From Iphione sp. A-MEVVRFRX5 (lineage: Eukaryota), in NCBI GenBank assembly GCA_976226885.1, contig OZ320313.1:159774001-159838000 (forward strand): a stretch of DNA of 64,000 nucleotides, read 5' to 3'. Shown piece after piece: positions 38,560 to 51,373 of this stretch. Each line of letters begins with the position of its first letter. Within the stretch, counting starts at the first letter, position 1. Under the pieces are notes generated by a model. The model ran no database searches and was not told the origin of the DNA. It saw only the letters and a list, made by a program, of their open reading frames with translations. A program made the position numbers and the translations under genes.

Positions 38560-41500
38560 TAGTATAGTTCATCGGTTCCCTCTGTACATGTATATAGGAG
38601 GGCGGATGCTTGTTCCATTGAATCGAAATGTAAATGACATTTCTCAAGAAATTTTTATCTTAGTTGTAACTATTCCTCGTGGAATAGTTTAGCGGCAGCG
38701 TTAGCGGCGATGTGTTTCCTTATTTGTTGAATTGTTAATTCAAACTATTTTCTTGGATGTAAAATTTTTCAATGTTCCTTACCTGTAATATTCAATGTTC
38801 ATTTATCTTCAATGCTAGCTGCTATAAAGAGCTTGTCTCTTATTAAAAGCTTCCTCCTGACGTTGGAGGTCATGAGCACGAGTGTGCTGAGTGTGAAATA
38901 GAAATTTTATGCGCAGCACCATGTCATCAGACCTTCATTCCTCTTCTCCGACCGCCAGCCCACGAATCATCATTAATTGGGTTAAATGTATATGGGTAAA
39001 TCTGTGAATCCTGTCGGATTGCGTGAAGGAATTCTGAGCTTAGCTGCAGAACCCGTAAGAAACTTGAAGGCAAAAAGGTTCTGAGGACGTGTATGAATTC
39101 GTTACATTCCTCATGACCTTGTAGTTCATAAATCCACTGCATTTGTAGACTTCAAGAGATTTCCTCAGCGCCCTTGCCATGTAGTGTTGTCTACCTCGTT
39201 AATGTAACATTCCTACGACGCGATGCTTAGTGAAAATACGATGGTTATAATAATTTAATGAAATTGTGTCCTTAAAAATTATAGACTGTGGTGCACACGC
39301 ACGTGAATCACTCTATTCAATGCTTACCACACTTCTCGTTACCGGTTTTCCCTGCTGTCCAAGTGCATTTACCTGTCAACAATTGATCTCATATTTTGCT
39401 GTTACTCCCTGTACGAACCGTCTCCTTTCTGAATGTCAGGCCCCAACTGCCATAGACACTATGTATTATTGTCACACCATCGAACATCTCGTGCATTCTC
39501 ATCCTTTGAAAATAGATGAAAGGTGAGTGGGAGAACGAGCTATTAGATCTCTTCATGACTGTCAGAGTTTCGCTCAGATTTGTATCCGTTACCATCGTGC
39601 AGTAAAAGAAGTTTTGCTATGTTCCTCTCTGCCTCTCTTATTCACTAACAAATTCATACACACGTGTATGGTGGAAAAAGTATATCAAATGAGAACGGCA
39701 CCATTACCGAGTCGCTCTTTGAGCAAGAAATCATTACTTAGGCCTAAAAGAATATGTCTGTGTTTCCGATGACATAGCGAAAGAATAAAGGGTCAATACA
39801 GGTCAACTTTTTCTTTCTTTCAATGTTAATTGATCCTGAAGGCAACACATGTGTATGATAATGCCACTTCTACTGCGTATTTTTTTTATCTGGTATCACG
39901 TGACAGCTAGTGATGTAAGAAACAAAATGATATTTAGTATGAGTTTTTTTGGTTCTCAACATATTCACAAAACAATCAAAAGGTAACTTGCAGTAGCACA
40001 AAAATCAGGGTTGGGTGGGTAACTGAGAACAAAGATATTTTTATGTGTAGTTTAAAGAGTGATAACTCTTACTCTACTGTAAGGATTTATGTGAAACTTT
40101 GAGACAATATAATTTACTTACAAATGTATCTCTTACACATTTCTCGCGTACGGAGGCCACCCATGAAGAATATTCAAAAGTCATCGGGTTTCTAAATTGT
40201 ACCTCTTTAGAAGTAAAGATGCTGCGTATTAGTTTTTGTTATAATTAGCGAGGGTTGTTATAAAAAATATCCACATAACATTAAAACAAAAATATGAAGC
40301 CTCTGAAACATTAGAAAAATTCGTTTGACGCATCGTTCGGAAGCAAAATTACAGAGATTGTTACAGCGAGTCCAACACACTTAAAAACCAAACGTCTGCA
40401 GTTCCTTTTGTCTTATGTTGCCAACGATGTTGGTTCCCAAATTGGCACCAGTGAAACCCTCGTACATTTCTGACAGATGAACAAACCTTTAGTTCTGGCT
40501 TTATGAAGGCTGATATTGTTAGGAATGGTTAAGAATAAGCAATCCTATATTCATGCATTTCAGGGTAATGGACGGTAATCATACATTTTAGGTTTGGAAG
40601 ACGGACCAGTCGTCCATTCGCTAAGGGGGAAATGTATGTCAATGATCCCCACTCAAACCACAAATTCATGAGATGAAATCAACGTATGGGCTGTCTTTTC
40701 ATAACAAAAGTACGTTAATGTTTTGACTGGCTCCCTTAATACTGGTGTACATGTACTTTTCATGGCAATTTAAGTATCGTTAGGCTGTTAGAGGGACATG
40801 CAATGCGGAAGACAATGTCAACAGTGGTAAAGAACAATATATTCTCGGTTACGGTCACTTCAGCATCATGCTCGACAAAATACATTTGGATATTTTTCAT
40901 ATTTTATATATTTTATAGAGTACCCTGCACGGAATTTTAAATGTACATAGGACGCCTTAGCTCCAGTCAGGAGGCCATCATAGTCGGCTGTGTTACGTTT
41001 CAATATTGTCATTGTCAGCATACATTTGGCTCTCTAGAGATGGGTTAATCATGTCGTAAAGGTCAATACAAGAAAAAAAACCCTTGTGGATGGCGCTTCA
41101 CGTTCAGGATGTAATGTATTGCTTGGGTAGAAATACGTTCAGCTGTGTAGAAAGCAACGCACATTTCCGTGGGCACTTGCAACAATAAGTGATGGCCTCC
41201 ATGTTTTTTCCCCAGAAGATTTCTTGTTATCTTATATCATATTTTTAAGCTTTCACTACAACAGTAGATATAATCACAATAAATCTATTGTTGGTTTATG
41301 CCCTATTAGGTTGCTGGGCTTTGCTGCTGTCAGATGTTATTCAAATTGAAAATTTTCTTAGATTACCCTTATGAGTAAGGCCTTGTCTGTGGCGTTTTGG
41401 CAGTATTTTTGTTATCAAATTAATTGTGATTGCCTTGTCATTGTTAATATTCTTATGTAGCAGTTGCGCATCTTTAAGGTATATCATATCATCATTACGT

Positions 41501-44500
41501 GGATTTCCTTATAGTCCATGCAAATCGACTGCAGCCATTCATACCTATCTTAATCACTACACCACAGGCAGCACGAGTCCCACCTGCTCTTAATATTTAA
41601 GTCATACTTTCTCTTACTGCGGGCAGCTCACCTTGTATCCAGGATCACAATTCCCAGAACCTAAAGAGGGGATCCAAGAGACCTGACACTCCTGAGAGGT
41701 TGTCCAGGCCTTTCAGGCCTCACTTGGCTGTGGGCCACGGTATTGATCTTACTACTATAAGCTGTCCATTCATAGGTCTACATTAGAAGGCCTGACATGG
41801 GGTGGCGTGCAAGGCCAACACCGCTGTACAGGTAACCCTCGCACTGGTGGCGAGTTGATTATTGATTTTCTTCCTCCGCCAGCTTCCACGGTAAAACAAC
41901 TGGGACTTGTTTGGGTCTCAATCGTCCATTAAAGAATTTAGCACTCTATCAGGCGGCCATTTCACTTTGGCCGGCCTGAACCCCAACACAAGGGAGCCCG
42001 GCCGATAGGTTCGGGGGTCCACCCGATGGGAGAGCTTGGCAATATATCGCAAAGACCGGCCGTTTAATGAACAACTGTTGCTCACCACAGGTCAGCAATT
42101 CTCTGCCTTGATAAATGCCCCTCTTGCTACAGAGAGAGGCAACTAGTTGAATGGCACTGTGTGTCGGAGAGGAATATAGATGCTGCGTGTACTCTCCAGT
42201 GTAGCGGCAGTGTAGCTATATCATAATGCGCCCGGTCATTTGATTTCTTATAAATCACGCGCTGTATGGGCACTGCGTGTATAATATACCATCTTTTAAC
42301 GAGCAATTTGGCGTGATGCAATCGTAGGGTCCGCGTCCGTCATTATCAATATAATAGCTGAAGATGTCGCGGAAAGGTTTCATATACCCAATTTTATAGG
42401 TATCGTAAACCTTGGGTTATTGCACCGTAAAGTTGGAGGGTGCACTAAAGGCATGAAACACATGTAGTTCCCCACAAAAGACTGGGCAGTTTGCCAAGAA
42501 TGACTTGATTTACAGGTTGCTTATATAGGTACTTATTTGTGACAATTGCTCTCAGGCATTGCCCACCCAATAGTGATGAGACCGTAATTTGACTCCTGTG
42601 ATATTATTCGAGGACATATCTCTTAAACTTGCATGATTTGGGCCCTATTATAGACACGCTGTACTGATATGTAGGGTTCCAGATACATATATGTGTAAAA
42701 CAAGGCTAATTTTCTCGTAAAAAACGAGCCAGACTAGAATAGCCAATTTCTAAAGAAATATCAGTTCCACTGGGTGCCACATGAAGTATGCATAATTTGG
42801 TGTAATTTTAGCATAAAAATTATATTTCAGAAACCTGGAATGAAAATCAGGGTGCCTGAATGGAACTGAAATTGAGAATGATGAGAATATGGAGGCGATC
42901 TTCAGATCTTCCGAATGGCTCTGTATCGTTGGGAATTGTTTGTGGATGCCACATATAATTGCAGTTAGTTCTTATGACAATTTTTTTGCATTTGTTTATT
43001 AACCTTTCTAAGTAGTTTTTTTTCACGTTATACTTTTTTGTATCAATGTCAGTTACGTCATTTACTCAATACCATCAGGGGAGAGTGCCACTGTCACGCA
43101 TCTACGGACTTTCGAATCTAGCCAATTGTCAGGGAAGGAAACAAAAACACTCCTAATTTTAGTAGTATGCTCTTAAGAGCTCCTTCAGTACAATTCATAC
43201 ACTGTGAAATTGCGGGCGGTGTCGTTCTAGTGCTTCCATTTCTCTAATGCCAGAACTAAACCATACTGAAGTGCTCCTTGATGTTCTTATGACTGCCACT
43301 CCCAGCAGTCATTGAGATCAAACGAGCCTAAATGCTGGCGATGAAAAAGAAAGAGGGACGGGACACAAAGACTGTTTCCTTTGAGGTCTCCCAGGACCGA
43401 GGTCCCCTATGAACAGCAGGTGACGACTCCTCGTCCTCCCCAGTGCGCCTTTATGGCCGGGTGCGAGGCATTGTGCACATGTGTGACGGGGTAGCGTTGA
43501 TCTGCCTCCGAGGTGTGCTTCGTCTTCGGCTGGCCCCAGCGTCAGGTGCTTTATGTCTCGGGCCGGCCGAGTGGTCGGTGGTCGTTGTTTAGATCAGACA
43601 GTGTGACTCGGCTCGGCCGTAAAGTGCCGGCGGGCGATTCGACCGATCTGACCCTCGGGCGGGGAACCCTGATGGAGGTGCTGACACCCACCATCTTGGT
43701 CTTTTCTTATTACAGCCACCGCCATCGCCGTCAATTGTGGTGATTTGGGTCGGCAGCTGCACGAGTCGCTTAAAAGTCCCAGAGCCGAGCAGTTCTTTCC
43801 CGCGCCTGCAGCTGTTCCTGCTTCGACAACCAACAAGTAATAAAACTCCACATGAACCTCCTGCGTTCATTGTGGGTTCGGGCGGGGAATCATCTGCTGA
43901 GTGTATTCATAATTTTGTTGGATGAAGAGGCTGTGGAGGGCAAGAAAGAGTCCTTATTTTTCTTCTTCCGAGAATTCATCAATGACTGACATACTGACCT
44001 ACTGTTTCGAGCAGCAAGCACCCCTGCGGTAGACCGTTTACGCACCAAAGGTCGACATTCATTTGCCCACATCAATAATGCATCCTACTGGGCTTAGTAT
44101 TAGGCATTAGACCTCTTTCCCTATGTAGTATCTCACTCAAATCATCCAGCAGGCACCCTCAGACACACCTGCACTTTTTGGCACTGAACAAACAGAATGC
44201 TACCAATTGCAATAGGTCGTGGGGTGTCAGTGACATCCCTTTCAGAAGTCATCAGCATGTATGTTATCAGTAAACTATTATCGTTTCGTTCTTTGCTATT
44301 CTCGATTCGTGACAATACGACAATTACTTCTCTTTGCCAGAAATGATACAATCACTATACCACTATACACATTTAGAAATCATATGGTGTTTCACATGGT
44401 ATAATGTTGTTTTCTATGACACCTACGCACTTTAAACGTGAACTCTTATGACATTCTTTTCAATCGTGTAATGATGATGATGTGATGATGTCCGATTTTG

Positions 44501-45639
44501 CCCAGATTTGGACAAGGCGCTTCGCCCGCCAGGGCAGCGCCAGCCCCTGTACTAGGTCAGGAGCCTTGTTTGGAGTGAGCCCTAAAGGGGTTTAGTCTCT
44601 GTAGTGTCTTTTTGGTGTGGTGTCGCTGTCTGCAAAGCTTGGTTAATCACTGTTGTCTGGGCTGGCCTGTGTCTGCTAGGGGTTGGGGTACTGGTGTCTT
44701 TTTGTAGTCGGTGGTCAGGTGTCCTGGTGGGTGGTTGGTTGCTGGGGTGACAGCTATCGCTGTCCCGGGTTATAAGATACAGAGAGCCAATGTCTATCAG
44801 TGGTACGTGTTTTGGTTTATGGTTGAAGATGGTGGTGCCGAGTGTGTGTTGCTGGCTCTGTTTCTTGGCTGATGCAGCTTTCTTCTCCGGCGTAGCATAT
44901 GCCCCTTCCTCAGCTAGGGCAGATGGCGTCTTGGCTCAGTGGCACATAGGAGACTAGGGCTGCATGCTGGTGTGAATCGTGTAATATAATGCACCGTACT
45001 TTTATACTTGACTACGCATCTGTCGATTGCTTTCCTTCGGAGACCGTCAGACATCAAAAAAGTGCAACTCGCAACATTCATAGTTAAGTATTGATGAGTT
45101 ATCACACGGGGAAGGAACTGCTTTGTCCTTTTACCATTATACCCCTCGCATATGACTGTTAGTGCGCAAGCAGCCGAGTATAGTATGAAAGTTCCCTGAC
45201 CATCATTCAAAGAAACCACATGTAGTTTTACAAATGGCCTCTGTATGAATAGCCGTGCGGGTCCAATCAGGATAATTTTCGCCCATGAATGAGGAGGAAA
45301 CGTATCGAGAAATGTCCGCGTGGCGGTGTGTTTTCTTGGGCAGTGATGCTTGCTTATGTTCCACCAGGCTGCAGTCGATGGCCGGCGGCCCGCCCGCAAC
45401 AAAAGCGGGGTAGATGTAATGTTTAGTGTGCAAGGAGTTCAAAGTTTCACCGAAATAATTTTTCTTCAGTGCGTGCTGCTAATATCGCAGCTAATGAGAG
45501 TCGGTCGGGTAAAACAGGCCCATGATAGACGGTCGATTTTCTGCTTACATAAACACATTATCGGTCCGGCTCTTTGATGTTCACCGACGTCGCGATCAAT
45601 CGAGACCAGTAATACTTTTTGAGGAGCACCACAAGAATG

Positions 45640-46010
45640 CTCTCCTCCCAGACATCAATGGAAACGGGACCAGAGTCCCCATCATTTATAATATCCGCAA
45701 ACATTTTATCCTTGATTTTCCTTCGAAGAAAAAAAACCGCCGCCGGTGTAACCGCTCGTTTCCGCATTGAATGTCGGGCGTTTTGGCCAAGGGCATACAT
45801 GTCGTTTGTTTTCTCTGGTGTCAGTGCAGCTTGATGCAATCTCTTGCGAAATTCTTCGAATCTGACATGAGTCATAGGATTGTTCTTCATAATGCAGGCT
45901 ATACGCATGTTTTTGCCGTGGTTTTAACCATTTTGTAACTAATACTAATGCTCGGACCATAAATCTTTGTCTTCCAAAACAACAGGGTTCGGGTAATCAT
46001 ACCCCATTAT
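45640..46010 (-). pseudogene. Probable decayed DDE transposase fragment of the Mutator-like-domain/Kolobok type
   Basis: HVCP (45801-45790) and IINDGDSG (DGDS at 45683-45672) lie in different frames 106 nt apart. That matches the roughly 35-aa spacing I recall for the H-x-C..N..GSS..ME...GDGDS motif. Confidence 0.4.
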
Positions 46011-49000
46011 ATGAACTGCAAAAAATAATCATACTAGTTACTGTATCTTGACTGCAAAAAAGAAGAAAGATACGTGATCCCTAGGGTATAGCACTTGTCA
46101 AATTGAGAGCATTGTAACATAAACATTTCCTTATAGATACACTTAGGGCTTTAGTGATCCAGTAATGTAAGAAAGCGGGCCTATTATCGTGCTCCATAAT
46201 CACAACGTAAAACAAGATTCCGGGCGTGCAGACCTTGCTTTTATTTGGTTCAGATCAGCGATGTTGATGTTGCACGCAAGTATGTACATGCACGTAACCA
46301 TCTTCCAATCGGTCCGACTGGTATATCAACTCGGCTGTGATGTAAAATTACATAATCTTTTATATTTTCCTGTTTGCTGACAAAAGCGACCTCATGACAA
46401 AATGAAACTGGTGTTCGTTACTCAATTAAATCGATTTTTTGGTTCTTAAATGACATTTTCATTTTCAAAGAAAGTGAGCCCTATCTTCTTTCCTATTTGT
46501 TCATCTCTCTTTTGTCGCTGTTGCTGAAACCATCAGCCGGTAAAGCTGTATCGAATGTCTCACCTAAATCTCCATCGACCCTTTCCACCTGAACCAGTAC
46601 TGTCATGCATACATATGTACCTGGGCACCACATCAAGGTATTGTACTTTACAGAAACGGTGGCGGGTTTCAGGATCATAAAATGGACCCCGCTGGATTGT
46701 CGGGGAGGAAAAAACATCTAATAATGCAGTTTCATTTGGGAAGACCTCGGTATTGATGCCCGGGGGTGCCGGGAGCCGACATGATGCAAGCACTACCTGT
46801 CGTTATGTGGACCTGAGAGTTTGACACCAAGTGAAATACAAAGAGAGAAACAGAGAGCTGTTGTATTTTTCGAAGAAGATTCTGAGGCAGCTGGTCTCGT
46901 TCTCACCGCTTGTCTCCGATGGGGTGGTCGGGTCAGCAATTCTAGTGGCGTGGATGTGTGTTTGGATGGTTAATGGCCTTTTAGCTTTGTCGTGCTGCCG
47001 CTCATCTATAAACGGCGGGAGAAAATCGACAGCAATTGGCTTCTTAGCTATCGGTGTCGGGGAATATTACTCTATTTTTCTTTTTACATCAAATTCTGAC
47101 ATCCTCAGGAGTGAATGCCTCCGAACGTAACACGGGGTAGAGTATGTGCTGTGGTGCCCACCAGATTCAACAGTGATATCCAGTACATGTACTCTAATTA
47201 ACGTTAGTAGCTATGCTTTGTCTCGAAATGAAGGAATGTTAGCCAACCTAATAGAAAGTGATCCTTATCTAGGGATATTTTCTCAGGCATGAGAAAATAT
47301 ACTTCCATCTTCGCACTCCCTTTATCAGTGTATCTCTGTGTTCTCATCAATCAAACTTGTAATTGTTGCCTTGCGCCCGGTAATCTTAGTGAAAAATCTA
47401 CAGGTGTATTATCAGCGAACGTCACGATGTATAACTTTAGTTAAAAAGCTTTCTTCGAGAACACAAGTTGATTCGATTTCTTGCATATTTCTCTGTTTCC
47501 ATGAGAAACTAAACATGGCGGCTGACTGAAGAAATACCTTTACTAATACTACATGAAATACTTCGTGATTCTTATGGGAAAAATCGTTTCCTATGGCCAT
47601 TTTTGGAACTGTTACCATAAAGCTTATACGATATTTGCTTGTTTCTTACCATCTTTATGCTTTGTTATTACTCACAGAGCGATCAAACCGCTACGGATCC
47701 ATAATACAATGAGTCCTCACATCATTTCTCCACAAACACTTGATGGAAACGGACTGTTTACAGAAATATGTTCGGATGTTCCATTACCGCTATTATACAA
47801 GCTTAAATCGTACCCTCCCTCAGTCGATGTTTTAATGTATCTGAGCACAGCGAAGGGGGTGGTTCTGTATACCATATTGGATTATAGATTGCTCGGAGCA
47901 AACCAGGAACTACAGGTCGGGGAGGAAGCCCACACGTTTGCATAAAGCATACTGTATCTTGATCATATCCTTCACACCGTCGTTTTATGCGGGTAAAAAA
48001 AACTGGAAATGAACGAGAGGTAGGAGCACTTCCATTTTAATATAGAGTATATCGTTTAGCCTTAACCCACTTTAAAGTGCTATCATATGGTTATAGCTTC
48101 AATATGGAAGAAAACGTTGGAACTACAAAACGCCAGTTCGTTGAAGTACCAACGGGGAACGCCTCGCACCGGTTGGTGTATTACATATCGATCTCAGTAA
48201 GAATTCCGCTTGTTTTTATCCACAGCCGACCGTCTCGACCGCCTTAGTCTTTAAAAGCACAAGCTGAAACATATGGCACTGTCGCTGGCGGTCGATGGCT
48301 GCTACATGTGGATGGAACGGGTGAATGCATTAGGCTATGCGCTCCTACCATCCACACAGACCTGGTGTTTTGGGGGAGACTGCATCACTGAGCTATGGGA
48401 GTAATACATCAGCTCCGCCAAGCTAGAGTCATAACCTGTGAGTTATTTCCATTGGTGGGTCGAGGTTTTGTGGCTCTTTCTACAATTTCATCCAATTATC
48501 TACCAACTGCACTCTGAAATGTGGGTTCGGAGTTGATTTCATATTAATATATGCCTACTTGATAGATTAATGATAGCGTCCCCCACTCATGCCTGGTTCC
48601 CATATCACTGTTAAAAAAACACAGCATACTTGGGGGACAATAATCCCATCAATTATTTAAGCGAACATTTCATAATTAGCCCAGGGAATTGTACTGGGAC
48701 ACTTCCCTGCGAATCAAATAGTCGTTGTTATTATCACATTTATCCAACTGAGATAGCAACACTTCAATTACGCAACAGTATAGCGCTGTGATAATTATAC
48801 ATTAAAAGTAAAGGCACAGGTACCGCAGATTCTTCTATTTACAAGTACATGCACATGAATTTGTCGCGACCTGAATAACAACACTGCTTATGCTGTCAGT
48901 GATGAAGCGTCACTGAACTTTTAATACAAAGATTCAAAATTCAATGAGATCAATAGCAGAGAATTTCGTATTCTTGCATTGAATCCAAAGTGCTGGGTGT

Positions 49001-51252
49001 ATTGTATAAGAATATGCGGCATAATTTTAGTCTTCCTATTGTTAGATCCTAAAAAGGAAATTCCGGACAAGAACGCATGGCACTGCTGCCATCTTAAGAT
49101 TTCAAATACAGGTCATACAGAAATGTTAATGATAATGCCATTCACTATGGATGGTTTGTTTTGTTTGCCAGTGGATGTTCATTTATAGGAACCATTCCCC
49201 CCCCTCCCCTTCCACCTCCCGAGATGTGATGTAGAGGCATGGCAGCACTCGACTCAGCACGCTGCGCCACCGATCTGTCAATGTGTCAACGAAAAAAGGC
49301 CACCCACATCAGAACCGCCATGATTAGTACACATAACGCTGAGAGCTAATGTTTTCCTTTAATGCCATGTTGGTGAAAGCAGGGGCACTGTCCCTATCCG
49401 CGCTCTCATACAACACGGTCATGGGCATTAATATTTGAACAGCCCGCGAGGTGAACGGAGTACGTGTACAGTGTGCTCACGATATCGCACTCAATGAGCA
49501 GCTCCAGCCAGTAGCACGTTATAATAGACGGCGTATCGTGTGATAGCCCTCGGCGGAGCGGGCGCAATAATAACTCAAAATGCATCCAACAGCTGTGTGT
49601 GATATAGACGTTTGAACTATTACACGTGGACTGTGCAGGATGATCCGAGGTAACGGTAAACATCCCCCTTGATTTAACCCCCCCCCCCCGCCTGTCTGCC
49701 TGTGTCACCTGCTCGGGGTGACCGAGGAGCGGCTTGATATCCTCCGTGCACGGCTACGTCTGTGTAAATAGGTTATCGGCTGCGAGCTGCTCGAACAGCC
49801 TTGATCACGGCCACTCATCAAAACCAGGAGAGCAGTTCGGTCGGAAGAGTGGCCCGACGTGTCCAGACCGCAACTCACCGTGTTCAATCGGGAGCCGCCT
49901 TTTGAAGCGGCCCACTTCCCGGTTGTGAGAATTCTTCGCCTTCGCTTTTTTTTGACCAACCGATCCCTCCTCCTCACCCCCCCCAACTTCCCTCCTCCTC
50001 ACAAACATGGCACAAAGAATGCCGGGCAGCCCGAATTCTTGAAGCGACGGGATGGGAAGGGGCCAGCGGACCGGTCCGTAGGCTCACACGCACGAGCATC
50101 TCAAGCGTTTCGGATTTTGTAACAAAATCGTGAATAGCCAGCACAGCAGGGGACCACCTACTTTAATTAAGCTAATTGTTGATGGTTTTTCCATCCATGA
50201 ATTATGATGTGGCGATGAGGTTTGATGATTAATTACCCAATTAGTAATAATGTGGATTCGCTGGCCGAATCCCTGATCATTGGCTTGGAGACGGCACGTC
50301 GGTTGGCATGGGAGAGATTAACGTTGGGTCCGACAGCAGGGCCCATCAAGCGAACACTCGCTTGTCCATGTTAATGCAGCGGCTGCTTTGCTTAACATCA
50401 GGATTATATGAGTTGCGTAACTAGTATTCATTCACGTGACGTTAATTTATGAACAGCGGGTATAAAATGGGGTCTTCAGCTAATCTTGCAATAAGAGTTT
50501 GAGCGATAAAAATGTCAATATGCAACAGAAACTGGTGCAATATTGCTACGTACTGTGTTGACCTTATGAACTACCTGTCTTTCCTGCTTCTCTCAGAACG
50601 GAATGGATAGGCCCTTAATCAGTATTACATACAAAACTAACTGGATGCGCATGCATATGGCTTAGAGCATTTCAATAAAACACAATGATAGATTGGAAAT
50701 ACACCAGACCATCCCGAGCACTCACATCCAGTGCAATTTATTCCTGTGACTAAGTGATCGCCAGTATATATGCAATATTTCACAGGAATATCTCTTAGAT
50801 AAACAAGAAACATACAAGGAAGTATGAGTTATTGGAAAAGGTCATGTCTGTGCATATGGATCGTTAGGTCTACATAGCGTCATATATCACTGCACACGAA
50901 GTGGGTGGCTTAGCACGTACCCAAGCTAATATGATAAAACGCTGGCCGCGTGTAGGCCAGCACATCGACCTTCCGAGTGGGCTCTCTCTAGTGACAACCG
51001 GTTTCATCCAGGGTTTTCCAAGCAATGTAGTTCGGCAATTTCTCCAGGTACAGGGGGACGGGCAGAATGCAGAGGGATCGGGAGTTGAACAGGGGTTGTA
51101 CACCACGGCCCTGATCCTCACGATCCAGCACCCGCCGGTTACACCCTCGACCGTCTGCCCGCCACCACGCTGGCTCCATTTTATTCTGCGGCCTTGTGGG
51201 TGTCCCATCCATCCTCATCAAGCTACTTGAACCAATCTGTCCTGCTGATCAG

Positions 51253-51373
51253 AGCCTAAATGATACACTACTGAGCCCCGTCTCTATGCCGCTCTAAACA
51301 CAGCGCCAAATTAGACGCCGCTCGAGCTACTCTGAGCGACTCTCAGCGACCAGCAGGGCATACATTCAGAGCC
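51253..51373. mobile_element. Possible small degenerate MITE
   Basis: The left end GCCTAAATGATACACTACTG resembles the reverse complement of the right end, GGCTCTGAATGTATGCCCTGCTG. The internal GCTACTCTGAGCGACTC recurs near 53808 as GCTACTCCAGAGCGACTC. No clear target duplication. Confidence 0.35.

Noticed and set aside
46620-46796. Candidate minus-strand exon (ag|GTAGTG...CCAG|gtacat) as the missing signal-peptide exon
   Set aside because: The acceptor lacks a pyrimidine tract, and the phase-1 frame has no hydrophobic signal peptide.
4830-49689. More long C homopolymers than G homopolymers on the plus strand (G-runs on the pre-mRNA)
   Set aside because: About 8 versus 2 runs of 9 or more in the window, too few to claim a strand bias.
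50988-51221. DIRS RNase H-like LFNSR...KLPNYIAWK
   Set aside because: The match is short, has wrong spacing, and has no other DIRS features nearby.
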